Origin: Candidatus Dojkabacteria bacterium
GTDB lineage: Bacteria; Patescibacteriota; Dojkabacteria; JAOAGR01
Reading direction: 5' to 3'
Assembly: GCA_025999155.1 (NCBI GenBank)
Contig: AP026679.1
Location: 85,776 to 149,775 of the forward strand
DNA length: 64,000 bases
Under the pieces are notes generated by a model. That model saw only the letters and a list, made by a program, of their open reading frames with translations. It was not told where the DNA came from and searched no databases. Below are positions 9,572-19,342 of the stretch, in pieces. Numbering within the stretch: position 1 is the stretch's first letter; every line of letters begins with the position of its first letter. The translations under genes were made by a program, and so were the position numbers.

Positions 9572-10045
9572 CTTAATAAAATAGCCAACTATTCCAGCGC
9601 AGGTAGCGACATTTAGTGAATTTTTTCTACCGTACATTGGGATTCTCAATATGTAGTCGGCAATTCCAATGATAGGATTTCCAACACCGTTTATCTCATG
9701 CCCTAATACAATGAATATATTCGCGTATCCTTGTAAATCGATAAAATCAGGAATATCAAATATAGAAATTGTTTTTTCCGTATCATAATTTTCAACCACT
9801 AAAATTAATTTATTTATATTTTGAATATACTGGATCCAATCATCATGTGAACGAAAATATAAATTGTCTACGTAATCTAAAGATTTTAAAGAAGTTTTTT
9901 CTAACTTTTTATCTTGTCCTGGTATTGGCGTAATTCCGATTAGGTGGATATTGAAACCTAAACCATCTGCAGTACGGAATACAGCTCCTACGTTAAATGC
10001 CGACCGCACATTATCTAAAACAAAAGTCACCTTCATAAATGGCAT
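9506..10045 (-). CDS. SpoU/TrmH-family (SPOUT) RNA 2'-O-methyltransferase.
   Basis: RSAFNVGAVFRTADGLG (SPOUT motif 1). NSLNVATCAGIVGY (motif 3). 179 aa. Confidence 0.75.
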   Translation of the reverse strand: MPFMKVTFVLDNVRSAFNVGAVFRTADGLGFNIHLIGITPIPGQDKKLEKTSLKSLDYVDNLYFRSHDDWIQYIQNINKLILVVENYDTEKTISIFDIPDFIDLQGYANIFIVLGHEINGVGNPIIGIADYILRIPMYGRKNSLNVATCAGIVGYFIKSGIFRQSLLKSSLWQEKPHKP

Positions 10046-10116
10046 TTTAATTTATTTCACTAATTAATTTAACAACAGGGCTTAACAGTTAGAATCGTAT
10101 TTAATATACTTAGGAA

Positions 10117-10461
10117 ATGGAAGGTCATAATACTAACAATCATTCGGAGGAAATCATAAATGAAATGTCGGAATCAACAACAAATACAACAAATAAAAAT
10201 GATCAAAATCGCTTTAAAAATATTTCTTCTTCTCTGAAAATTGGGGTTGGTATCCTTGGAGTTATATTAGTGATAGTACTAATTATAAGCTTTTTGAACG
10301 TATGGAATGTATATACAAATGCTAGTAAATACAAAAGGGTTTACGACCAGATACGAGAAGAAGTCAGATACTGTAAGGAAATACAAAATACTGCGCAGCC
10401 ACGTGATAACTTCGTTTATTGTGATAGAATTCTAGAAAAATTTAAAGAGTTAACAAATTAA
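10117..10461 (+). CDS. Hypothetical small membrane protein: N-terminal polar T/N-rich region, one TM, C-terminal pair of Cys.
   Basis: IGVGILGVILVIVLIISFL TM. RYCKEIQ...FVYCDRI. Confidence 0.4.
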   Translation: MEGHNTNNHSEEIINEMSESTTNTTNKNDQNRFKNISSSLKIGVGILGVILVIVLIISFLNVWNVYTNASKYKRVYDQIREEVRYCKEIQNTAQPRDNFVYCDRILEKFKELTN

Positions 10462-10468
10462 AAGGGGC

Positions 10469-10714
10469 ATGGCTCTTATTAGAACAAAAACAGTTAAAGA
10501 AACGAAAAAATTAGCATACCTTTCGAATGTTTACAAAACAATAGATCAGATAAATAAAGTAAAGACAGTAAAAAAAAAGAAAACTGCTTCGGCTAAAATA
10601 AAAACAAATAATGTTACTATAAGTAAACAAGAAATTATTAAAGACGCTCTTTCGTTTAGCTTTACACTAGCTTTTGCAGCATTAGGATATATACTTGCAA
10701 AGCTAATACAGTGA
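10469..10714 (+). CDS. Hypothetical small lysine-rich protein with a C-terminal TM (tail-anchored).
   Basis: KVKTVKKKKTASAKIKTNN basic stretch. C-terminal LSFSFTLAFAALGYILAKLIQ. Confidence 0.35.
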   Translation: MALIRTKTVKETKKLAYLSNVYKTIDQINKVKTVKKKKTASAKIKTNNVTISKQEIIKDALSFSFTLAFAALGYILAKLIQ

Positions 10715-10721
10715 ATTTTTA

Positions 10722-11192
10722 ATGCAAAATATCAATAAAAACTTAAATATCCTTATCGTTTTTGGTTCTACATTAGGAAAAACTAAACATCTTGCAGAAT
10801 TAAGTGGGCGTACTTTAGAGAAAATGGGATTTAATGTCATTGTAAAAGACGTATTTTCTACTCAAATAGAAGAATTATTTCATTTTGATCTAATAATTCT
10901 CGGTTGTAGTACCTGGGACGATGGGATGCTACAATACGACTTCCGTGATTTTTTCAGCAAGTTTGTTCACTATAAATTCCACAGATACAAATTTGCTGTA
11001 TTTGGAGTAGGGAGTAGACACTATCCTCATTTTTGTGCCTCTGCTGATATTATTAGTGGTGCTGTGGACTCTGTTGGTGGGAAGCTTGTCTGTGAACCAT
11101 TGAAAATAGATCTGGATCATGACGAGCCGATCGACAAATGCGATCATGAAATGGTTGAATGGACAAAGTCTTTGGCATCAAATCTAGTATGA
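10722..11192 (+). CDS. Flavodoxin-like protein.
   Basis: ILIVFGSTLGKTKHLAEL (FMN phosphate-binding loop T/SxTGxT-like). LIILGCSTWDDG. About 150 aa alpha/beta length. Confidence 0.6.
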   Translation: MQNINKNLNILIVFGSTLGKTKHLAELSGRTLEKMGFNVIVKDVFSTQIEELFHFDLIILGCSTWDDGMLQYDFRDFFSKFVHYKFHRYKFAVFGVGSRHYPHFCASADIISGAVDSVGGKLVCEPLKIDLDHDEPIDKCDHEMVEWTKSLASNLV

Positions 11193-11196
11193 TCGG

Positions 11197-11973
11197 CTAA
11201 GACTTAGATAAAAATTGAGTCAAATATTCCGCTATTATTTTTACATTTTCGGGAGAATTTGTTTTATTTCGGTAGGGCTCTGGTGACAAAAACGGGCTAT
11301 CGGTTTCCAAACCAAATAAATCATTTAATGTAGATCCGGAATAATAATCTACCAACTTTTTGACCGTGTCTCTTAAGTCAGCACCGCTTTTATAGGTAAT
11401 AATTCCGCCTATACCTAATTTAAAATTATTTTCAATCAAAGCTTGACCGTGTTCGAATGATCCTGTAAAACAGTGTAAAAATCCATTAAACGTATTTTTA
11501 TCAAATCCTACAGATCGTATAATATCTATTATTTCTTGAAACGATCCTCTAGCATGAATGGACATTGGTTTTTGTAATTGTTTAGCTAATTTACAGAATT
11601 CTTGAAAAACTAGGATTTGCAGATCTTTGTATTGCTCGGCATTAGTATATTTAAAGTCAATCCCAATTTCACCTATATAATCAATAATATCGATGTTTTG
11701 AATAATTTGATGAATAATCCTTTCTAACTCGTACGTAGCAAGTGTACCCAAATTTATTACTTCTTCCGGATGCAAACCTAATCCAATTTTAAAAAAACCA
11801 TTACTAATTTTTTGCTTAAGAATAAGAAGCTCTTGATTCGTCAAGAAATCGGTGCCTAGAGATACTATATATTTTAGATCGGATTCTTGTAGGTCGTATA
11901 TTTTTGCTTCAGGATCTTTATAATATTTTGACAAGAGATGACAATGATTATCAGCTAGCTGTATCGTTGACAT
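11197..11973 (-). CDS. tatD: TatD-family metal-dependent hydrolase (DNase).
   Basis: ADNHCHL, IGEIGIDF, MSIHARGS and LHCFTGS: the canonical TatD metal-ligand motifs. Confidence 0.85.
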   Translation of the reverse strand: MSTIQLADNHCHLLSKYYKDPEAKIYDLQESDLKYIVSLGTDFLTNQELLILKQKISNGFFKIGLGLHPEEVINLGTLATYELERIIHQIIQNIDIIDYIGEIGIDFKYTNAEQYKDLQILVFQEFCKLAKQLQKPMSIHARGSFQEIIDIIRSVGFDKNTFNGFLHCFTGSFEHGQALIENNFKLGIGGIITYKSGADLRDTVKKLVDYYSGSTLNDLFGLETDSPFLSPEPYRNKTNSPENVKIIAEYLTQFLSKS

Positions 11974-12059
11974 ACAAAACCGTATATTGTTAGTTTACAG
12001 AAAAGTAATAAAGATGAATATGTGTTTATATTCACAGAATTATATGGCATAATAAACAG

Positions 12060-12893
12060 ATGACAAAGTATGTAGATAAAGAAGCGCTTATTCTTTTGTT
12101 TGGCGTATTAGGATTATATGTTTTCGTAGCTTGGGGACTTCCTAAACTACAAACTTATCTCTTTGATCATAATTTTTTTTATCAAATAGGTCGAAACATA
12201 GGCGTTGATTCTTTACGTAATAATCCTTCTCCGTCTACAGTTAACCAAAACAATCAACAAAACTATAAACCTCAACTTATTCAACTAGAATCGAACAAAG
12301 ATTATAGAGCTATTGTTAAAACATCTGAAGGATCGTTTACAATAGACTTATATGAAAGTAATGCTCCTGAAAACGTGGCAAATTTCATAACTAACATTAG
12401 TAAGTATAATAATGCAGAATTTGTTATACAAAGGGATTACTTGCTGCGCGTACGAAATAATGAAAACTTAAGTTACACCATCCAGGATGAAATAAATGCG
12501 GACTATTTGTTATTAGACACAATAAAGGTGAAAGACGCATCCTACTTAAGTAAACTTTATAATCAAAATGATCCTAGCACGGCCCCCTTCGAACCAAATA
12601 ACCTACGAAAATATGCTGATTTCTCGTTAAAAGAGTTTTACACAGAAGTTTTAGGCTATAAATACTTATCTAACGTTTCTACACAAAAGGCAGTGAAATA
12701 CGTCGTGTACATGGTTAATACAGGTCCAAATACAAATAAATTAGATTTCTTCATCTTAATGGCTGGAGCTGCGCCCGAACTAGACGGTAGATATACACCA
12801 ATCGGAAGAGTGATCGAAGGGTTTACAACTTTAGACAGTATCAATAAATCACAAAATAAGAAAATATCTATAGAGTCTATCACTGTACAATAA
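12060..12893 (+). CDS. Membrane-anchored cyclophilin-type peptidyl-prolyl cis-trans isomerase (divergent).
   Basis: N-terminal TM (ALILLFGVLGLYVFVAWGL). TSEGSFTIDLYESNAPENVANFI and GRYTPIGRVIEGFTTLDSI resemble cyclophilin beta-barrel motifs. Confidence 0.5.
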   Translation: MTKYVDKEALILLFGVLGLYVFVAWGLPKLQTYLFDHNFFYQIGRNIGVDSLRNNPSPSTVNQNNQQNYKPQLIQLESNKDYRAIVKTSEGSFTIDLYESNAPENVANFITNISKYNNAEFVIQRDYLLRVRNNENLSYTIQDEINADYLLLDTIKVKDASYLSKLYNQNDPSTAPFEPNNLRKYADFSLKEFYTEVLGYKYLSNVSTQKAVKYVVYMVNTGPNTNKLDFFILMAGAAPELDGRYTPIGRVIEGFTTLDSINKSQNKKISIESITVQ

Positions 12894-13064
12894 ACACATG
12901 TGAAGAAAAGGTGTCATTTGCAGTAGCCCTTAAAAAAGGATTGTACAAATTAATCACCCAACAGGTATACAATAATTAAACTCACACGAAATACAGGATT
13001 GTTCTTTAAATCAATAAAAACAAGCAAATAATTAATCTATCTATATATGTAAATCAAAGCTAAT

Positions 13065-16000
13065 TTATTCTAAAGGTTCCAGTCGCACCATAATATATTG
13101 ATCATTGATTTCTACGCTATGACTATCTGTATCGTTTAAGGCAGTATTAAAATCAATTCCATCGATATAACATTCTCCACATAATTTATCACTTAACTCC
13201 TTTATAGTATTTTCTAGTTCTTTATCACTAATATTACAATATAATTTTGCCTTCTGTCCTATTTGTAAACCCGAAGCCTTACGTAAATTTTGTACTTTTC
13301 TTCTTAGCTCTGAATATATGCCATCTTTAAGTAAATCAGGGGTAATTTCAGAATCCATTTCTACAATTATATCTTCATCCTGATCCGCATGTATAGTCAA
13401 GCCAATTTCTCTTACATTCAATTCTTCTTTTATTAAATCAACTAACTCGTGATCACTAACCTTGTCTAAAAGGCTCTCTTTCAAATATACATACACCGAA
13501 TTTAGTGGTTGCCTGACTTTAATACCTTTTTCAAATCTTATGGAATGACCCTTACTACAAATCTCTCTGACTATAGTCATCTTATCTAAAAGAGTAGTAT
13601 TTATACTGTCACTTTGAATCACTGGATAATCTTCAAGATGCACAGACTCTTTTGAATTAGGCAACACATCCCTCACAATATTCTGATAAATCTCCTCTGT
13701 AATAAATACCATCTGCGGTGCAAAACCTTTCACAACTAGTACTAATGCGGCATAAAGATTCTGAAGTGCATTTCTATCTCCTTCAACAAATCTTTCTCTT
13801 GATCTTCGAATCCACCATGACGATATACCATCGATAGTTGGACGAATAACCCTGACAGACTCAGGAATATTATATTTTTCCAAAGCTTGCGAATATTCTA
13901 GGACAGCTTTTTTGACGTATGCCTCAAGCCACATGTCTAACACATTTTCAGCAAGAAACTCAGCATTCTCGGGCACCCAATTATGTAAATCTGCATATAT
14001 CGTAAAATATTTATAAATATTCCATAACGGCAATAATATGTTTTTCACCTGATCGTTTAATACCTCATCTGACCAATTCATATTTTCACCAACCATCAGC
14101 GGCGATCCCATAAGGTACAGCCTTACTGCCTCTCCACCAATATTTTGCAAAACATCTTTAGGATCGGGATAATTGCCAAAAGATTTACTCATTTTACGCC
14201 CATCATTTCCTGCTAACACACCAGTACACACTACATTCGTAAAAGCCCTTTTATCGAATATAATCGTAGATATACGGTGTAAAACATTAAACCATGCCCG
14301 CACCTGCGGTATGTATTCTACAATATAGTCAGCAGGGAAGTTCTGTTCAAAAACTTCTTTATTTTCAAATGGATAATGCAACTCTGCAAACGGCACCGAA
14401 CCAGAGTCCATCCAGCAGTCTAGCACTTCCGGAATTCGATAATAACTCTTGCCATTCTTCTTTAATACTATCTTATCTGCAACATCTCTATGCAGATCTA
14501 GAGGCTTGCCTTCAAACTCATACCTAACGACTCCATTTTCCTCAATTTTTGTTATCTGATCGGATAATTGATAGAGTTCTTCGTAAGATCCAATTACAAT
14601 CTCATCACCATCTTCGCTTCTCCATATTGGCATGATAGTAGCCCAATATCTGTTACGAGAAATAGCCCAATCTGGAGAATTTTCGAGAGTATATTTCCAC
14701 AGCCCATTTTTAATATGGCCAGGTACCCAATTGATATCTTCCCCTAGTTCCAACATCTTTTGCTTTATTTTTTGTATATTAATAAAGTACGACTCATGAG
14801 CCATATAAATCAATGGGTTTGTTCCACGATAGAATGGCAAATAATGCTTATACATCTCTGATCGAAGCAAATTACCCTTTTCCCTTAGGTCTTCTGCAAT
14901 TGATTCGACAGCATCACGTAAATATACACCATGCCACCTACCTACAATCATATTTCCTTGTTCATCTATATCAGCAAAATCGCTTAGACCATATTTCTTA
15001 CCTAACTCAAAGTCTTCTTCGCCAAAAGCAGGGGCAATATGCAAAACACCAGTACCCTGATCGCTTTTTACTACATCATATAGATAGACTTTAAAGTCAT
15101 TTTCATTGGTCTTATCAAGAAAGAAATCATATATAGGTTTATATCGAGTATTTTGTAAAACAGACCCATAGAACTCATATAAAACCTTTACTAACTTGTC
15201 AGACGATGAACCTATATTTTCTGCAGTAGTCTGGAAAGTGTACTCTAACCTATCTTTGGCAAGAATGAAATACTCTCCTTCAAAATTAACTAGAGCATAT
15301 TCTATATTAGGGTTAACTGCTAATGCAAAATTTGAAGGTATAGTCCATGGGGTAGTGGTCCATGCAACCAGATACACAGGCTTATCAGAATCTAAATGAT
15401 CTATTATATTTTTATCTAATGTTCTTTTTTCAGCCTCAAACTTGACAAAGATCGCTAAATCTTCTACTTCCCGATAATTATCAGCATCCATTGCAACCTC
15501 AAAATGAGAGACAGGAGTCGAAGTATCAGTAGAGAATAGAGACACTCTCTTGCCCTTATAAATATACCCTTTCTCATATATCTGTTTAAATGCCCAAATA
15601 ACGGACTCCATGAATTCAGGACTCATAGTAGTATAAGCATTATCCATATCGGCCCATCGACCTACTTTTTCGATATACCATCTCCATTCATTGGCACAAC
15701 TTTGAACCCAAGCCCTACATTCATGAATATAACGATCTATACCCATTTCTTCCTCTAATTGACGACTGGACAATATCCCGTACTTCTTATTGACCTTTTC
15801 TTCTATAGGAAGTCCATGACAATCCCAACCCCATACGCGTCTCACCCTTTTTCCGCGCATCGTCCAGTATCGAGGGATAACATCCTTAGCGATAGATGGT
15901 ATTAGGGAACCATAGTGAGGAATTCCTGTTACAAAAGGCGGCCCATCGACGAATACATACCTATTTTTTGGATCACGACTCTCAATAGATTTCTCAAAAA

Positions 16001-16091
16001 TCTTATATTTTTTCCAGAATTCATTGATTTGATCTTCTAAATTAGGAAAATTTGGAGATCCTGTGACTTTATTGATTCTAGATTTTGACAT
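13065..16091 (-). CDS. ileS: Isoleucyl-tRNA synthetase, eukaryote-like (type 2) form.
   Basis: PPFVTGIPHYGS (HYGH-type HIGH variant of eukaryotic IleRS). WDCHGLP. KMSKSFGN. 1008 aa. Confidence 0.9.
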   Translation of the reverse strand: MSKSRINKVTGSPNFPNLEDQINEFWKKYKIFEKSIESRDPKNRYVFVDGPPFVTGIPHYGSLIPSIAKDVIPRYWTMRGKRVRRVWGWDCHGLPIEEKVNKKYGILSSRQLEEEMGIDRYIHECRAWVQSCANEWRWYIEKVGRWADMDNAYTTMSPEFMESVIWAFKQIYEKGYIYKGKRVSLFSTDTSTPVSHFEVAMDADNYREVEDLAIFVKFEAEKRTLDKNIIDHLDSDKPVYLVAWTTTPWTIPSNFALAVNPNIEYALVNFEGEYFILAKDRLEYTFQTTAENIGSSSDKLVKVLYEFYGSVLQNTRYKPIYDFFLDKTNENDFKVYLYDVVKSDQGTGVLHIAPAFGEEDFELGKKYGLSDFADIDEQGNMIVGRWHGVYLRDAVESIAEDLREKGNLLRSEMYKHYLPFYRGTNPLIYMAHESYFINIQKIKQKMLELGEDINWVPGHIKNGLWKYTLENSPDWAISRNRYWATIMPIWRSEDGDEIVIGSYEELYQLSDQITKIEENGVVRYEFEGKPLDLHRDVADKIVLKKNGKSYYRIPEVLDCWMDSGSVPFAELHYPFENKEVFEQNFPADYIVEYIPQVRAWFNVLHRISTIIFDKRAFTNVVCTGVLAGNDGRKMSKSFGNYPDPKDVLQNIGGEAVRLYLMGSPLMVGENMNWSDEVLNDQVKNILLPLWNIYKYFTIYADLHNWVPENAEFLAENVLDMWLEAYVKKAVLEYSQALEKYNIPESVRVIRPTIDGISSWWIRRSRERFVEGDRNALQNLYAALVLVVKGFAPQMVFITEEIYQNIVRDVLPNSKESVHLEDYPVIQSDSINTTLLDKMTIVREICSKGHSIRFEKGIKVRQPLNSVYVYLKESLLDKVSDHELVDLIKEELNVREIGLTIHADQDEDIIVEMDSEITPDLLKDGIYSELRRKVQNLRKASGLQIGQKAKLYCNISDKELENTIKELSDKLCGECYIDGIDFNTALNDTDSHSVEINDQYIMVRLEPLE

Positions 16092-16399
16092 ATCTTAAAG
16101 ATTATTGGAACATTTTAAATTGTGTCGTAAAAATGTCAATAACAGCTTTATACTGAATAAAACAAACTGATTAAAAGTTTAGATCTTATAACTAAACTGA
16201 CATTACGAAAATAAAAGAATGAAGAAAATGCACATTCAGAAGAATCAATGTGAGTTATATAATGTCGTTTACGGAACAGCGTGTACTATGTATCGGACAT
16301 AATAAACGAATAATTACACGATACACCACATAAATAACGCACAGTTACTCTAATAATCAAAATTCCAAGCAATAAAACGTAGATCGACCCGTAGTTCAA

Positions 16400-16435
16400 A
16401 TCATAAAAATCATAAAAATCATAAAAATCATAAAA
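16400..16435. repeat. Tandem microsatellite (ATCATAAAA) x4 in the ileS-rplY intergenic region.
   Basis: Four perfect contiguous 9-nt copies read directly. Confidence 0.9.
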
Positions 16436-16480
16436 CAAACATGAAGTACGCCTAAAAGTAAAACATGTATAACTGATTGT

Positions 16481-17110
16481 TTATGAGGCAACTTGTTGCT
16501 CAGTAGCGTCAATTACTGTCTCCTCTGGCTCAGCTGTTTCTTCTTGTGTTGCAGGAGCTGTTGTAACTACGACTTGATTCAAATACTCAGAATCAGTATG
16601 TACGAGGACCACGCCACTAGGTAATTGTATATCCTTGATATGTATGGTGTCACCAGCGCCTAAATGACTGACATCAATAGTAATTTCGGAAGGCATTTTG
16701 GTTGGCAGCCCGCGCAATTCTACATCGGGCATCGCTAAAATGATTATATGTTTATGTTCTTTTTCTGCTGGTGAATTGTCTGCACCCACCAAAACAAAAG
16801 GAATCGAAGCTGTGATTGCTTCTTTTAAACTAACTTCTCTGAATGAAACATGTAAAACAGCTCTGGATGCAGGATTTACCTGTACTTCACTAATGTATGC
16901 GTGGTGAACTTTCCCATTTAATTCAACGTCCACAACTTTGGTATTACCTACAACTTCATATAGATGTACAAATTCTTTTTCAGGTAATTGTATATTGAAT
17001 TCACCATTGTATCCGTAGATAGCTGCAGGAATTAATCCGGCTTTTCTTAACCTTTTTACTTTCTTTTTAGTAATATCTCGCGCGAAAGCTTGAATTTTGT
17101 ATTGTTCCAT
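16481..17110 (-). CDS. rplY: 50S ribosomal protein L25 / general stress protein Ctc (two-domain form).
   Basis: MEQYKIQAFARDITKKKVKRLRKAGLIPAAIYG N-terminal L25 signature. Acidic C-terminal tail. Confidence 0.85.
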   Translation of the reverse strand: MEQYKIQAFARDITKKKVKRLRKAGLIPAAIYGYNGEFNIQLPEKEFVHLYEVVGNTKVVDVELNGKVHHAYISEVQVNPASRAVLHVSFREVSLKEAITASIPFVLVGADNSPAEKEHKHIIILAMPDVELRGLPTKMPSEITIDVSHLGAGDTIHIKDIQLPSGVVLVHTDSEYLNQVVVTTAPATQEETAEPEETVIDATEQQVAS

Positions 17111-17161
17111 AATCGCTAAATTCTCTAACTATTTAAACTTATACAATTTATTCTGCTAATA

Positions 17162-17902
17162 TTAACATCTGTCGCAAAAAATAGGAAGATTCGGACGAAA
17201 AAAACCGTTACTATTAATAGATTCGCGAAAACCTTTATATACGTAATTCTCATCCTCTTTTGGTATATCAATCCAATTAGCACTTTTGAGACTTTGTGTT
17301 TTATCAAAAATTATTTCCCCTCTGCGGACACCATGACGTTTGTATTCTCTAGCTGAGTGTACAAAACTTATTTTTTCAACGAAATTATCATATTTAGAAA
17401 CTTCTACCACGAATAAAACGTGCCTGCCACCACGAGTACGAATTAGATCTCCTGGTAAAACCTCATTGATACTGATACTTTTAGAAAATGGTGGAGAAGT
17501 AAATTCATCCGCACTAACAGAATTCTGTGGTTTAAAAAGCCTCGAAAAATATTTACGAATATTCCAAAATGGTACTTGCGGTAAATAATCTCCCAATGAT
17601 TCTACTCCATTGGACTGAACTTTAATCCAATAATCATAAATGTTATAAACAAATCCAGAACAATCGATACCGATATTTTTTTGGACCATCAAATCCCATA
17701 TTTCTTCTTCAGTAATATCATCCCATATATATTTTGAAACTTCGTATTGTATATCTTGAGGCGTGCCCTTACCGGCCAACACTGGAGGTCTTAAAACGCC
17801 AATTTCATTGATATAATAAGGGCATTTGATTTTATAACCTGCTATATTCAATTCAAAATAGTTATCAATAAACGTTTTCACGTATTCTGGCAATGTATTC
17901 AT
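17162..17902 (-). CDS. NlpC/P60-family (CHAP-like) cysteine hydrolase. No signal peptide.
   Basis: GIDCSGFV (catalytic Cys), PGDLI and GGRHVLFVV (His) in canonical order. Confidence 0.5.
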   Translation of the reverse strand: MNTLPEYVKTFIDNYFELNIAGYKIKCPYYINEIGVLRPPVLAGKGTPQDIQYEVSKYIWDDITEEEIWDLMVQKNIGIDCSGFVYNIYDYWIKVQSNGVESLGDYLPQVPFWNIRKYFSRLFKPQNSVSADEFTSPPFSKSISINEVLPGDLIRTRGGRHVLFVVEVSKYDNFVEKISFVHSAREYKRHGVRRGEIIFDKTQSLKSANWIDIPKEDENYVYKGFRESINSNGFFRPNLPIFCDRC

Positions 17903-17922
17903 AACAGCTTACGATCTTTAAG

Positions 17923-17952
17923 TTAATTAGTTAATTAATTAATTAATTAATT
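17923..17952. repeat. (TTAA)n simple repeat between two minus-strand genes.
   Basis: ttaattagttaattaattaattaattaatt gives stop codons in all frames on both strands. Confidence 0.85.
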
Positions 17953-17966
17953 ATAAAATTATAGTA

Positions 17967-18905
17967 TCAGCCAGTAAAAACTAATAAAGCATTATCTACT
18001 TTAAATTTTTGCCAAGCTGCAAAAGCAATGGCGCTGTCATAACTAACATCCCAATCATATTTTTCAAGCAAGAATTTTTTTGCTGTTTTTGCCTCCGACA
18101 CACTTATAGCCCAACCTTTTCCGTTTGATTCTGTAATCATCTTTTCTATAGATGGCCTCCTATGACCAATAAAATCTACAATCGACTCAGCCGGGTGAGT
18201 TTGCTCAATTATTGGAATCTTAGTCACATTTTTTATCAGTGAAAACACTCTAGTTGTTTGAACAATGTGCATTGCAGGCTTGATATTATGACGTAAAAAA
18301 CCATTATAGATTCCTAAAGCAGTCGATCCACTTGATGACGGCACATATACCGAATGTATTGGCATATTAGTCTGTTCCAGTACTTCATCGGCTAAAGATT
18401 CAAAACCAATCAATGCTTTATCATCAATAGATCCTCTTAAATTAACATATCCCTTTTTTGATAATTTAAAAGCTTCCAATCTAGGATCCTGTGTCAGTTC
18501 CATACGGAGTTTTGATGAGTAGTACCCTTTAATTCGTAGCTCATTGATATCTATTGGTAAATTCAATATCGAAATATATTTTTGCAGTTTTATATCTGAG
18601 ATAGTATCTGCAAGCAATACAAGTAATTCTTCAATTTCATTTGAGTATAAAGCGCAAAAAGCTGCCACAACTCCAGAATTTCCCGAACTAGGTATAACAA
18701 ACTTTCTAAAATTTGCATGGATATACTCACTGATCCAATACGGAATACTGCGTTGTTTGCTGCATTTTAGATAATTTAAATCATCTCTCTTTACTAAAAC
18801 AGTTTGTCCGTCAATTTTAACTTTTTGTAAAGGAGACGCATCTATAGGGATATTGTATTTTTGCATTACTGAACGAAAAGTAGCCCGAAAATCCATACTG
18901 CTCAT
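17967..18905 (-). CDS. PLP-dependent enzyme, fold type II (ACC deaminase / D-cysteine desulfhydrase-like).
   Basis: VKRDDL and SSGNSGVVAAFCA resemble the KRxDL and glycine-rich PLP phosphate loop of this family. Confidence 0.45.
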   Translation of the reverse strand: MSSMDFRATFRSVMQKYNIPIDASPLQKVKIDGQTVLVKRDDLNYLKCSKQRSIPYWISEYIHANFRKFVIPSSGNSGVVAAFCALYSNEIEELLVLLADTISDIKLQKYISILNLPIDINELRIKGYYSSKLRMELTQDPRLEAFKLSKKGYVNLRGSIDDKALIGFESLADEVLEQTNMPIHSVYVPSSSGSTALGIYNGFLRHNIKPAMHIVQTTRVFSLIKNVTKIPIIEQTHPAESIVDFIGHRRPSIEKMITESNGKGWAISVSEAKTAKKFLLEKYDWDVSYDSAIAFAAWQKFKVDNALLVFTG

Positions 18906-18952
18906 CTATTAAATTATTTTGTATATTTTATATGAAAATGATATATTAGAGT

Positions 18953-19123
18953 ATGGACAATAGAAAAGTAACAGTAAAATGTCCAGTATGCGACAACGAT
19001 TTCGAGCTAGACATAAATGGAATCCAAGTAGGGGACATCATAGAATGTCCTGTTTGTGGAGCGACTCTTGAAGTTTTAAGTCTAGATCCTATTAAATTAG
19101 AGGCTGTTGTGAGGGGAAAATAG
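18953..19123 (+). CDS. Small (56 aa) zinc-ribbon protein with a LysW-like fold. Not in the ORF track (<60 aa).
   Basis: MDNRKVTVKCPVCDNDFELDINGIQVGDIIECPVCGATLEVLSLDPIKLEAVVRGK. Two CPxC knuckles. ECPVCGATLEVLSLDPIKLE resembles the LysW/ArgW core but lacks the acidic EDWGE tail. Confidence 0.45.
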   Translation: MDNRKVTVKCPVCDNDFELDINGIQVGDIIECPVCGATLEVLSLDPIKLEAVVRGK

Positions 19124-19183
19124 TTGAATATGGTTGATTGTGTTCCCGTAAATTACAATATGTCTCTGAATAATTTAAATATA

Positions 19184-19211
19184 TTGACACATAGAAATTG
19201 AATGCTATAAT
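19184..19211 (+). promoter_or_regulatory. Near-consensus sigma-70-type promoter upstream of rpoB.
   Basis: TTGACA (19184-19189), 16-nt spacer, TATAAT (19206-19211). Confidence 0.55.
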
Positions 19212-19342
19212 TTCGGGAGTTTTATGTCATCCGTATACGGGACAATGATGGGGCGTTGTTTTAGCCTATTTGTTTTGGTGCTAGTGGGTCGGTTATTGTT
19301 ACTTAGTTCTTTTACTATTAAAAATAAAGTATTAATGAAGTG

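Noticed and set aside
16400-16435. CRISPR array suspicion from repeated ATCATAAAA, and from (TTAA)n at 17923-17952.
   Set aside because: The units are 9 nt and 4 nt, directly tandem with no spacers. They are microsatellites, not CRISPR repeats.
16092-16480. T-box riboswitch leader upstream of ileS.
   Set aside because: No AATTAGGGTGGTACCGCG-like T-box sequence (nor its complement CCACCCTAATT on the plus strand) is present in the 390-nt leader.
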